In this document: positions 39,201-54,200 of the stretch, one piece after another | How the letters are laid out: each line of letters opens with the position of its first letter | Numbering within the stretch: position 1 is the first letter of the stretch | Assembly: GCA_964016885.1 (NCBI GenBank) | Contig: OZ024740.1 | Span: 290,904,001-290,968,000 of the forward strand | Reading direction: 5' to 3' | DNA length: 64,000 bases | Source: Eledone cirrhosa | Lineage: Eukaryota | The notes under the pieces: model-generated | Databases searched by the model: none | Told to the model about the DNA's origin: nothing | What the model saw: only the letters and a program-made list of their open reading frames with translations | Made by a program: the position numbers and the translations under genes

Positions 39201-42200
39201 TATACTATATATTATACACCAGATATACTAAATATTATACACTAGATATACTATATATTATACACCATATATACTATATATTATACACTAGATATACTAT
39301 ATATTATACACCAGATATACTATATATTATACACTAGATATACTATACATTATACACTAGATATACTATATATTATACACCAGATATACTATACATTATA
39401 CACTAGATATACTATATATTATACACCAGATATACTATACATTATGCACTAGATATACTATATATTATACACCAGATATACTATATATTATACACCAGAT
39501 ATACTATATATTATACACCAGATATACTATATATTATACACCAGATATACTATATATTATACACTAGATATACTATACATTATACACTAGATATACTATA
39601 TATTATACACCAGATATACTATATATTATACACTAGATATACTATACATTATACACTAGATATACTATATATTATACACTAGATATACTATATATTATAC
39701 ACTAGATATACTATACATTATACACTAGATATACTATATATTATACACACCAGATATACTATATATTATACACCAGATATACTATACATTATGCACCAGA
39801 TATACTATACATTATACACTAGATATACTATATATTATACACAAGATATACTATATATTATACACTAGATATACTATATATTATACACCAGATATACTAT
39901 ATATTATACACACCAGATATACTATACATTATACACTAGATATACTATATATTATACACTAGATATACTATATATTATACACTAGATATACTATATATTA
40001 TACACAAGATATACTATATATTATACACAAGATATACTATATATTATACACTAGATATACTATATATTATACACTAGATATACTATATATTATACACTAG
40101 ATATACTATATATTATACACTAGATATACTATATATTATACACAAGATATACTATATATTATACACAAGATATACTATATATTATACACTAGATATACTA
40201 TATATTATACACTAGATATACTATATATTATACACCAGATATACTATACATTATGCACCAGATATACTATACATTATACACTAGATATACTATATATTAT
40301 ACACAAGATATACTATATATTATACACCAGATATACTATACATTATGCACCAGATATACTATACATTATACACTAGATATACTATATATTATACACAAGA
40401 TATACTATATATTATACACCAGATATACTATATATTATACACTAGATATACTATATATTATACACTAGATATACTATATATTACACACTAGATATACTAT
40501 ACATTATACACTAGATATACTAAATATTATACACTAGATATACTATATATTATACACCAGATATACTATATATTATACACTAGATATACTATATATTATA
40601 CACTAGATATACTATACATTATACACTAGATATACTATATATTATACACTAGATATACTATATATTATACACTAGATATACTATACATTATACACTAGAT
40701 ATACTATATATTATACACTAGATATACTATATATTATACACTAGATATATTATATATTATACACCAGATATACTATATATTAAACACCAGATATACTAAA
40801 TATTATACACTAGATATACTATATATTATACACCAGATATACTATATATTATACACACCATCATCATCATCATCATCATCAGGTTTAGCGTCCGTGTTCC
40901 ACGCTTGCATGGGTTTGGACGGGGGTTTTCCCACTTGAGGCAAGAGTGGTTGTCTTGCTCGCATAGGACTGTCTGGCGGGTTTTCTACAGTTGGATGCCC
41001 TTCCTAACACCAACCACATTTACAGTGTGGGGCTGGGAGGTTTTTACCGTGTTGCCTACACGGCCACATTACAGCGTGGACTGTCTGGCGGGTTTTCTAC
41101 AGCTGGATGCCCTTCCTAACACCAACCACATTTACAGTGTGGGGCTGGGAGGTTTTTACCGTGTTGCCTACACGGCCACATTTACAGCGTGGACTGTTTT
41201 TTTTTTTGTCGTGACACCTACACGATCTCATTTGTTTCGGCCTGGACTATATATTATACACCAGATATACTATATATTATACACTGGATATACTATATAT
41301 TATACACTAGATATACTATATATTATACACCAGATATACTATACATTATACACCAGATATACTATATATTATACACTAGATATACTATATATTATACACC
41401 AGATATACTTTATATTATACACTAGATATACTATATATTATACACTAGATACACTATATATTATACACCAGATATACTATATATTATACACTAGATATAC
41501 TATACATTATACACTAGATATACTATATATTATACACCAGATATACTATATATTATACACTATATATAATATATATTATACACCAGATATACTATGTATT
41601 ATACACTAGATATACTATATATTATACACCAGATATACTATATATTATACACTAGATATACTATATATTATACACAAGATATACTATACATTATACACTA
41701 GATGTACTATATATTATACACCAGATATACTATATATTATAAACTAGATATACAATATATTATACACTAGATATACTATATATTACACACTAGATATACT
41801 ATACATTATACACCAGATATACTATATATTATACGCTAGATATACTATATATTATACACCAGATATACTATATATTATACACTAGATATACTATATATTA
41901 TACACCAGATATACTATATATTATACACTAGATATACTATATATTATACACCAGATATACTATATATTATACACCAGATATACTATATATTATACACTAG
42001 ATATACTATACATTATACACTAGATATACTATATATTATACACCAGATATACTATATATTATACACTAGATATACTATATATTATACACTAGATATACTA
42101 TATATTATACACTAGATATACTATATATTATACACTAGATATACTATATATTATACACTAGATACACTATATATTATACACCAGATATACTATATATTAT

Positions 42201-45200
42201 ACACCAGATATACTATACATTATACACTAGATATACTATATATTATACACTAGATATACTATATATTATACACTAGATATACTATATATTATACACTAGA
42301 TATACTATATATTATACACTAGATATACTATACATTATACACTAGATATACTATATATTATACACTGGATATACTATATATTATACACTAGATATACTAT
42401 ATATTATACACTAGATATACTATACATTATACACTAGATATACTATATATTATACACCAGATATACTATATATTATACACTAGATATACTATATATTATA
42501 CACCAGATATACTATATTATTATACACTAGATATACTATATATTACACACTAGATATACTATACATTATGCACTAGATATACTATATATTATACACTAGA
42601 TATACTATATATTATACACTAGATATACTATATATTATACACTAGATATACTATATATTATACACACCAGATATACTATACATTATACACTAGATATACT
42701 TTATATTATACACCAGATATACTATATATTATACACTAGATATACTATATATTATACACTAGATATACTATATATTATACACCAGATATACTATATATTA
42801 TACACTAGATATACTATATATTATACACTAGATATACTATATATTATACACTAGATATACTATATATTATACACTAGAAATACTATATATTATACACCAG
42901 ATATACTATACATTATACACCAGATATACTATATATTATACACTAGATATACTATATATTATACACTAGATATACTATACATTATACACCAGATATACTA
43001 TATATTATACACTAGATATACTATATATTATACACTAGATATATTATATATTATACACTAGATATACTATACATTATACACTAGATATACTATATATTAT
43101 ACACCAGATATACTATACATTATACACCAGATATACTATACATTATGCACTAGATATACTATATATTATGCACTAGATATACTATACGTTATGCACTAGA
43201 TATACTATATATTATACACTAGATATACTATATATTATACACTAGATATACTATATATTATACACCAGATATACTATATATTATACACCAGATATACTAT
43301 ATATTATACACTAGATATACTATATATTATACACTAGATATACTATATATTATACACTAGATATACTATACATTATACACTAGATATACTATATATTATA
43401 CACTAGATATACTATATATTATACACAAGATATACTATATATTATACACACCAGATATACTATATATTATACACCAGATATACTATATATTATACACTAG
43501 ATATACTATATATTATACACTGGATATACTATATATTATACACTAGATATACTATATATTATACACTAGATATACTATACATTATACACTAGATATACTA
43601 TATATTATACACTAGATACAGTATATATTATACACTAGATATACTATATATTATACACTAGATATACTATATATTATACACCAGATATACTATATATTAT
43701 ACACTAGATATACTATATATTATACACTAGATATACTATATATTATACACTAGATATACTATATATTATACACTAGATACAGTATATATTATACACTAGA
43801 TATACTATATATTATACACTAGATATACTATATATTATACACCAGATATACTATATATTATACACTAGATATACTATATATTATACACTAGATATACTAT
43901 ATATTATACACTAGATATACTATATATTATACACTAGATATACTATGCATTATACACTAGATATACTATACATTATATACTAGATATACTATACATTATA
44001 CACTAGATATACTATATATTATACACTAGATATACTATACATTATACACTAGATATACTATATATTATACACTAGATATACTATACATTATACACTAGAT
44101 ATACTATATATTATACACTAGATATACTATACATTATACACTAGATATACTATATATTATAAACTAGATATACTATATATTATACACCAGATGTACTATA
44201 TATTATACACTAGATATACTATATATTATACACTAGATATACTATATATTATACACTAGATATACTATATATTATACACTAGATATACTATATATTATAC
44301 ACCATATATACTATATATTATACACTAGATATACTATATATTATACACCAGATATACTATATATTATACACCAGATATACTTTATATTATACACCAGATA
44401 TACTATATATTATACACTAGATATACTATATATTATACACACTAGATATACTATATATTATACACTAGATATACTATATATTATACACTAGATATACTAT
44501 ATATTATACACTAGATATACTATATATTATACACCAGATATACTATATATTATACACAAGATACAGTAAATATTATACACCAGATATACTATATATTATA
44601 CACACCAGATATACTATATATTATACACCATATATACTATATATTATACACCAGATATACTTTATATTATACACACTAGATATACTATATATTATACACT
44701 AGATATACTATATATTATACACTAGATATACTATATATTATACACTAGATATACTATATATTATACACCAGATATACTATATATTATACACAAGATACAG
44801 TATATATTATACACCAGATATACTATATATTATACACACCAGATATACTATATATTATACACCATATATACTATATATTATACACCAGATATACTTTATA
44901 TTATACACCAGATATACTATATATTATACACTAGATATACTATATATTATACACTAGATATACTATATATTATACACCAGATATACTATATATTATACAC
45001 TAGATATACTATATATTATACACTTGATATACTATATATTACACACTAGATATACTATATATTATACACCATAAATACTATATATTATTTGTGTTTATAT
45101 TTTCATTCTGTAAGAAGTATTCATTAAGTATTATATATATTATAAATGTGTCTATCTCATTCTGTAAACATTGTATTTTTATATTCATAGAAAAGTAATA

Positions 45201-48200
45201 ATTGTTTCTACTTTTGGTACAAGGCCAGCAATTACCCCTGTGCATTACTGGTACTTTATTTTATCAACCCTGTAAGGATGAAAGGCAAAGTTAACCTTGA
45301 CGGGATTTAGACTCTGACCATAAAGGGCCGTAACTATATGCTGCAAAGCGTGGCATCTGACCCCCTACTGATACTGCCAATCCACCGCCCTAGAAAAGTA
45401 ATAATGGTGATGTATTTTGGTGATAATAAAAAGGTTCTGATCAAGGTCATAAATATTATTTAGAAAGAAAACAATAAGATTACCTTTTAGCTAGAAATTC
45501 AGCCTTTATGGAAAGTTGAGATCTGATATCATTCGGATGTTTTTTAGATGTTAAAATTTGTTCATAATCAAGTGCTAAAGCTTTCCTGGATAGAATGAGC
45601 AGAAGTTAAATTTAATATAACAACACAAAAGCCAATACATTGTAGTAAATTAATAAATATAGTTTTAAAACAATTACATTATTATTTAAAAGATATTCCA
45701 CTGAAGCAAGTAGAGAAGTTCAAGTATCTTGGGGCCGTGTTCACGAGTAATGGAAGGTAGGAGGCAGAATTAAGTGCAAGAATTGCAAGAGCTGGTGCAT
45801 TACTGCACTAGCTTCAGCATTCAGTAATCAGAAGAAGGGAGGTACGCATAAAAGCCAAAATTGCTATCTTCAATTCTGTATTTGTGCCAACCCTTACCTA
45901 TGGTCTTGAATCTTGGGTAATGACCGAAAGAATACAATTGCAAATACAAGCAGACGAAATGGGGTTCCTCTGAAGGGTCTTTAGAGTAACGTTATTCAAC
46001 AGAGTGCATAACTTGGAGATCAGAGAGTCACTCCCGGTAGAGCCGCTACTTTTCCGAATCGAGAGATCACAGCTCCGATACTATGGACATGTGGTTAGAA
46101 TGTCTCAGGAAAGAATCGCTGGATAGATTATATGGGCAAAACCAACCAGCAGGAGACCCAGGGGTAGACCCTGGGCAAGATGGTTGGATAATGTCCATGA
46201 GCTTGGCTGGTCTTGCTTGGGAATCCAGCCAGATCAATTGGAGATGGTTGCTTCTGACAGGACCTGCTGGAAGGAGTGTTTGAGGACTCTGCCTCCATGA
46301 CCTTCTCAGGAATAAGTGGGTGAAGAAGAAGATATTAAACAGTGTCATTCCTTGAAATATGTATTCATCAGAACCAACAGCACTTAGTTGCTTAACAAAA
46401 AGTATGAACTGGAGGAAGAAAACCCATGGTATATGTTGAAGGACTTGGGAATAAAGGATTGCTACTAAGAGCATTCACTCTTATTTCTAACCAGTTGGTG
46501 TTAGGAAGGGCATCCAGTCATAGAAAACCTGCCAGACAATCTTATACGGGCAAGACAACCAATCTTGCTTCTAGTGGGACAATTCCCATCTAAACCCATG
46601 CTAGCATGGAAGATAGACGTTAAACGATGATGATGATGATGATGATGATGTGGGTGCTCTTGTTGAAACCACTAAAGAAATGCTAATAAGGTATTTCGGT
46701 GAACTCCAGGAAATATATAATGTATGGTAGGTGAGTTCAGACTCAACTGCTGGGATCCTACCTGTGTGATGTGTGGGTAACCCTAAATGTTTTAAAGTTT
46801 TATATCATGTCTTGTGTTGATTATTGTTTTCTAATAATTTTATATGTATTTCATGTTTTATCAAATTAATCTGTCTACTTCGTTTATTTATAACTCCGTC
46901 TGTCCAGCTCCACATGTACTGTATCCCATATGTCTATAATGTCTACTGTATTCTATGTGATAACTCCATCTGTCCAGCTCCACATGTACTGTCTCCCATA
47001 TGTCTATAATGTCTACTGTATTCTATGTGATAACTCCATCTGTCCAGCTCCACATGTACTGTATCCCATATGTCTATAACGTCTACTGTATTCTATGTGA
47101 TAACTCCATCTGTCCAGCTCCACATGTACTGTATCCCATATGTCTATAATGTCTACTATATTCTATGTGATAACTCCGTCTGTCCAGCTCCACATGTACT
47201 GTATCCCATATGTCTATAATGTCTACTGTATTCTATGTGATAACACCATCTGTCCAGCTCTACATGTACTGTATCCCATATGTCTATAATGTCTACTGTA
47301 TTCTATGTGATAACTCCGTCTGTCCAGCTCCACATGTACTGTATCCCATATGTCTATAATGTCTACTGTATTCTATGTGATAACTCCATCTGTCCAGCTC
47401 CACATGTACTGTAACCTGTATGTCTATAATGTCTACTGTATTCTATGTGATAACTCCATCTGTCCAGCTCCACATGTACTGTATGCCATATGTCTATAAT
47501 GTCTACTGTATTCTATGTGATAACTCCGTCTGTCCAGCTCCACATGTACTGTAACATGTATGTCTATAATGTCTATTGTATTCTATGTGATAACTCCATC
47601 TGTCCAGCTCCACATGTACTGTCTCCCATATGTCTATAATGTCTACTGTATTCTATGTGATAACTCCATCTGTCCAGCTCCACATGTACTGTATCCCATA
47701 TGTCTATAATGTCTACTGTATTCTATGTGATAACTCCATCTGTCCAGCTCCACATGTACTGTATCCCATATGTCTATAATGTCTACTATATTCTATGTGA
47801 TAACTCCGTCTGTCCAGCTCCACATGTACTGTATACCATATGTCTATAATGTCTACTGTATTCTATGTGATAACTCCAGCTGTCCAGCTCCACATATACT
47901 GTATCCCATATGTCTATAATGTCTACTATATTCTATGTGATAACTCCGTCTGTCCAGCTCTACATGTACTGTATCCCATATGTCTATAATGTCTTCTGTA
48001 TTCTATGTGATAACTCCAGCTGTCCAGCTCCACATGTACTGTATCCCATATGTCTATAATGTCTATTGTATTCTATGTGATAACTCCAGCTGTCCAGCTC
48101 CACATGTACTGTATCCCATATGTCTATAATGTCTACTGTATTCTATGTGATAACTCCATCTGTCCAGCTCCACATGTACTGTATCCCATATGTCTATAAT

Positions 48201-51200
48201 ATCTACTATATTCTATGTGATAACTCCATCTGTCCAGCTCCACATGTACTGTAACCCATATGTCTATAATGTCTACTGTATTCTATGTGATAACTCCATC
48301 TGTCCAGCTCCACATGTACTGTATCCCATATGTCTATAATGTCTACTGTATTCTATGTGATAACTCCATCTGTCCAGCTCCACATGTACTGTATCCCATA
48401 TGTCTATAATGTCTACTATATTCTATGTGATAACTCCGTCTGTCCAGCTCCACATGTACTGTATCCCATATGTCTATAATGTCTACTGTATTCTATGTGA
48501 TAACTCCATCTGTCCAGCTCCACATGTACTGTATCCCATATGTCTATAATGTCTACTATATTCTATGTGATAACTCCATCTGTCCAGCTCCACATGTATA
48601 TAATGTCTACTGTATTCTATGTGATAACTCCGTCTGTCCAGCTCCACATGTACTGTATCCCATATGTCTATAATGTCTACTGTATTCTATGTGATAACTC
48701 CATCTGTCCAGCTCCACATGTACTGTATCCCATATGTCTATAATGTCTACTGTATTCTATGTGATAACTCCATCTGTCCAGCTCCACATGTACTGTATCC
48801 CATATGTCTATAATGTCTACTGTATTCTATGTGATAACTCCGTCTGTCCAGCTCCACATGTACTGTCTCCCATATGTCTATAATGTCTACTGTATTCTAT
48901 GTGATAACTCCATCTGTCCAGCTCCACATGTACTGTATCCCATATGTCTATAATGTCTACTGTATTCTATGTGATAACTCCATCTGTCCAGCTCCACATG
49001 TACCGTATCCCATATGTCTATAATGTCTACTATATTCTATGTGATAACACCATCTGTCCAGCTCCACATGTACTGTATCCCATGTCTATAATGTCTACTG
49101 TATTCTATGTGATAACTCCATCTGTCCAGCTCCACATGTACTGTAACCTGTATGTCTATAATGTCTATTGTATTCTATGTGATAACTCCGTCTGTCCAGC
49201 TCCACATGTACTGTATCCCATATGTCTATAATGTCTACTGTATTCTATGTGATAACTCTATCTGTCCAGCTCCACATGTACTGTATCCAAGATGTCTATA
49301 ATGTCTACTGTATTCTATGTGATAACTCCGTCTGTCCAGCTCCACATGTACTGTATCCCATATGTCTATAATGTCTACTGTATTCTATGTGATAACTCCA
49401 TCTGTCCAGCTCCACATGTACTGTATCCCATATGTCTATAATGTCTACTGTATTCTATGTGATAACTCCATCTGTCCAGCTCCACATGTACTGTATCCCA
49501 TATGTCTATAATGTCTACTATATTCTATGTGATAACTCCGTCTGTCCAGCTCCACATGTACTGTATACCATATGTCTACAATGTCTACTGTATTCTATGT
49601 GATAACTCCAGCTGTCCAGCTCCACATGTACTGTATCCCATATGTCTATAATGTCTACTATATTCTATGTGATAACTCCGTCTGTCCAGCTCCACATGTA
49701 CTGTATCCCATATGTCTATAATGTCTTCTGTATTCTATGTGATAACTCCAGCTGTCCAGCTGCACATGTACTGTATCCCATATGTCTATAATGTCTATTG
49801 TATTCTATGTGATAACTCCAGCTGTCCAGCTCCACATGTACTGTATCCCATATGTCTATAATGTCTACTGTATTCTATGTGATAACTCCATCTGTCCAGC
49901 TCCACATGTACTGTATCCCATATGTCTATAATATCTACTATATTCTATGTGATAACTCCGTCTGTCCAGCTCCACATGTACTGTATCCCATATGTCTATA
50001 ATGTCTACTGTATTCTATGTGATAACTCCATCTGTCCATCTCCACATGTACTGTATCCCATATGTCTATAATGTCTACTATATTCTATGTGATAACACCA
50101 TCCGTCCAGCTCTACATGTACTGTATCCCATGTCTATAATGTCTACTGTATTCTATGTGATAACTCCATCTGTCCATCTCCACATGTACTGTATCCCATA
50201 TGTCTATAATGTCTACTATATTCTATGTGATAACACCATCCGTCCAGCTCTACATGTACTGTATCCCATGTCTATAATGTCTACTGTATTCTATGTGATA
50301 ACTCCATCTGTCCAGCTCCACATGTACTGTATCCCATATGTCTATAATGTCTACTATATTCTATGTGATAACACCATCTGTCCAGCTCCACATGTACTGT
50401 ATCCCATATGTCTATAATGTCTACTATATTCTATGTGATAACTCCATCTGTCCAGCTCCACATGTACTGTATCCCATATGTCTATAATGTCTACTATATT
50501 CTATGTGATAACACCATCCGTCCAGCTCTACATGTACTGTATCCCATATGTCTATAATGTCTACTATATTCTATGTGATAACTCCGTCTGTCCAGCTCCA
50601 CATGTACTGTATCCCATATGTCTATAATGTCTACTGTATTCTATGTAATAACTCCAGCTGTCCAGCTCCACATGTACTGTATCCCATATGTCTATAATGT
50701 CTACTATATTCTATGTGATAACACTGTCTGTCCAGCTCCACATGTACTGTATCCCATATGTCTATAATGTCTACTATATTCTATGTGATAACACCATCCG
50801 TCCAGCTCCACATGTACTGTATCCCATATGTCTATAATGTCTACTGTATTCTATGTAATAACTCCAGCTGTCCAGCTCCACATGTACTGTATCCCATATG
50901 TCTATAATGTCTACTATATTCTATGTGATAACACTGTCTGTCCAGCTCCACATGTACTGTATCCCATATGTCTATAATGTCTACTATATTCTATGTGATA
51001 ACACTGTCTGTCCAGCTCCACATGTACTGTATCCCATATGTCTACAATGTCTACTGTATTCTATGTGATAACTCAATCTGTCCATCTCCACATGTACTGT
51101 ATCCCATATGTCTATAATGTCTACTGTATTCTATGTGATAACTCCAGCTGTCCAGCTCCACATGTACTGTATCCCATATGTCTATAATGTCTATTGTATT

Positions 51201-54200
51201 CTATGTGATAACTCCGTCTGTCCAGCTCCACATGTACTGTATCCCATATGTCTATAATGTCTATTGTATTCTATGTGATAACTCCATCTGTCCAGCTCCA
51301 CATGTACTGTATCCCATATGTCTATAATGTCTTCTGTATTCTATGTGATAACACCATCTGTCCAGTTCCACATGTACTGTATCCCATATGTCTATAATGT
51401 CTACTGTATTCTATGTGATAACTCTATCTGTCCAGCTCCACATGTACTGTATCCCATATGTCTATAATGTCTACTATATTCTATGTGATAACTCCATCTG
51501 TCCAGCTCCACATGTACTGTATCCCATATGTCTATAATGTCTACTGTATTCTATGTGATAACTCCGTCTGTCCAGCTCCACATGTACTGTCTCCCATATG
51601 TCTATAATGTCTACTGTATTCTATGTGATAACACTGTCTGTCCAGCTCCACATGTACTGTATCCCATATGTCTATAATGTCTACTATATTCTATGTGATA
51701 ACACTGTCTGTCCAGCTCCACATGTACTGTCTCCCATATGTCTATAATGTCTACTGTATTCTATGTGATAACTCCATCTGTCCAGCTCCACATGTACTGT
51801 ATGCCATATGTCTATAATGTCTACTGTATTCTATGTGATAACTCCATCTGTCCATCTCCACATGTACTGTATCCCATATGTCTATAATGTCTACTGTATT
51901 CTATGTGATAACTCCAGCTGTCCAGCTCCACATGTACTGTATCCCATATGTCTATAATGTCAATTGTATTCTATGTGATAACTCCGTCTGTCCAGCTCCA
52001 CATGTACTGTATCCCATATGTCTATAATGTCTATTGTATTCTATGTGATAACTCCGTCTGTCCAGCTCCACATGTACTGTATCCCATATGTCTATAATGT
52101 CTTCTGTATTCTATGTGATAACACCATCTGTCCAGCTCCACATGTACTGTATCCCATATGTCTATAATGTCTACTGTTTTCTATGTGATAACTCTATCTG
52201 TCCAGCTCCACATGTACTGTATCCCATATGTCTATAATGTCTACTATATTCTATGTGATAACTCCATCTGTCCAGCTCCACATGTACTGTATCCCATATG
52301 TCTATAATGTCTACTGTATTCTATGTGATAACTCCGTCTGTCCAGCTCCACATGTACTGTCTCCCATATGCCTATAATGTCTACTGTATTCTATGTGATA
52401 ACACTGTCTGTCCAGCTCCACATGTACTGTATCCCATATGTCTATAATGTCTACTATATTCTATGTGATAACACTGTCTGTCCAGCTCCACATGTACTGT
52501 CTCCCATATGTCTATAATGTCTACTGTATTCTATGTGATAACTCCATCTGTCCAGCTCCACATGTACTGTATCCCATATGTCTATAATGTCTACTGTATT
52601 CTATGTGATAACTCCATCTGTCCATCTCCACATGTACTGTATCCCATATGTCTATAATGTCTACTGTATTCTATGTGATAACTCCAGCTGTCCAGCTCCA
52701 CATGTACTGTATCCCATATGTCTATAATGTCTACTGTATTCTATGTGATAACTCCAGCTGTCCAGCTCCACATGTACTGTATCCCATATGTCTATAATGT
52801 CTATTGTATTCTATGTGATAACTCCGTCTGTCCCGCTCCACATGTACTGTATCCCATATGTCTATAATGTCTACTATATTCTATGTGATAACTCAATCTG
52901 TCCATCTCCACATGTACTGTATCCCATATGTCTATAATGTCTACTGTATTCTATGTGATAACTCCAGCTGTCCAGCTCCACATGTACTGTATCGCATATG
53001 TCTATAATGTCTACTGTATTCTATGTGATAACTCCAGCTGTCCAGCTCCACATGTACTGTATCCCATATGTCTATAATGTCTATTGTATTCTATGTGATA
53101 ACTCCGTCTGTCCAGCTCCACATGTACTGTATCCCATATGTCTATAATGTCTATTGTATTCTATGTGATAACTCCGTCTGTCCAGCTCCACATGTACTGT
53201 ATCCCATATGTCTATAATGTCTACTGTATTCTATGTGATAACTCTATCTGTCCAGCTCCACATGTACTGTATCCAAGATGTCTATAATGTCTACTGTATT
53301 CTATGTGATAACTCCGTCTGTCCAGCTCCACATGTACTGTATCCCATATGTCTATAATGTCTACTGTATTCTATGTGATAACTCTATCTGTCCAGCTCCA
53401 CATGTACTGTATCCAAGATGTCTATAATGTCTACTGTATTCTATGTGATAACTCCGTCTGTCCAGCTCCACATGTACTGTATCCCATATGTCTATAATGT
53501 CTACTGTATTCTATGTGATAACTCCGTCTGTCCAGCTCCACATGTACTGTCTCCCATATGTCTATAATGTCTACTGTATTCTATGTGATAACTCCATCTG
53601 TCCAGCTCCACATGTACTGTATCCCATATGTCTATAATGTCTACTATATTCTATGTGATAACTCCGTCTGTCCAGCTCCACATGTACTGTATACCATATG
53701 TCTACAATGTCTACTGTATTCTATGTGATAACTCCAGCTGTCCAGCTCCACATGTACTGTATCCCATATGTCTATAATGTCTACTGTATTCTATGTGATA
53801 ACTCCATCTGTCCAGCTCCACATGTACTGTATCCCATATGTCTATAATATCTACTATATTCTATGTGATAACTCCATCTGTCCAGCTCCACATGTACTGT
53901 AACCCATATGTCTATAATGTCTACTGTATTCTATGTGATAACTCCATCTGTCCATCTCCACATGTACTGCATCCCATATGTCTATAATGTCTACTGTATT
54001 CTATGTGATAACTCCATCTGTCCAGCTCCACATGTACTGTATCCCATATGTCTATAATGTCTACTATATTCTATGTGATAACACCATCTGTCCAGCTCCA
54101 CATGTACTGTATCCCATATGTCTATAATGTCTACTATATTCTATGTGATAACTCCATCTGTCCAGCTCCACATGTACTGTATCCCATATGTCTATAATGT

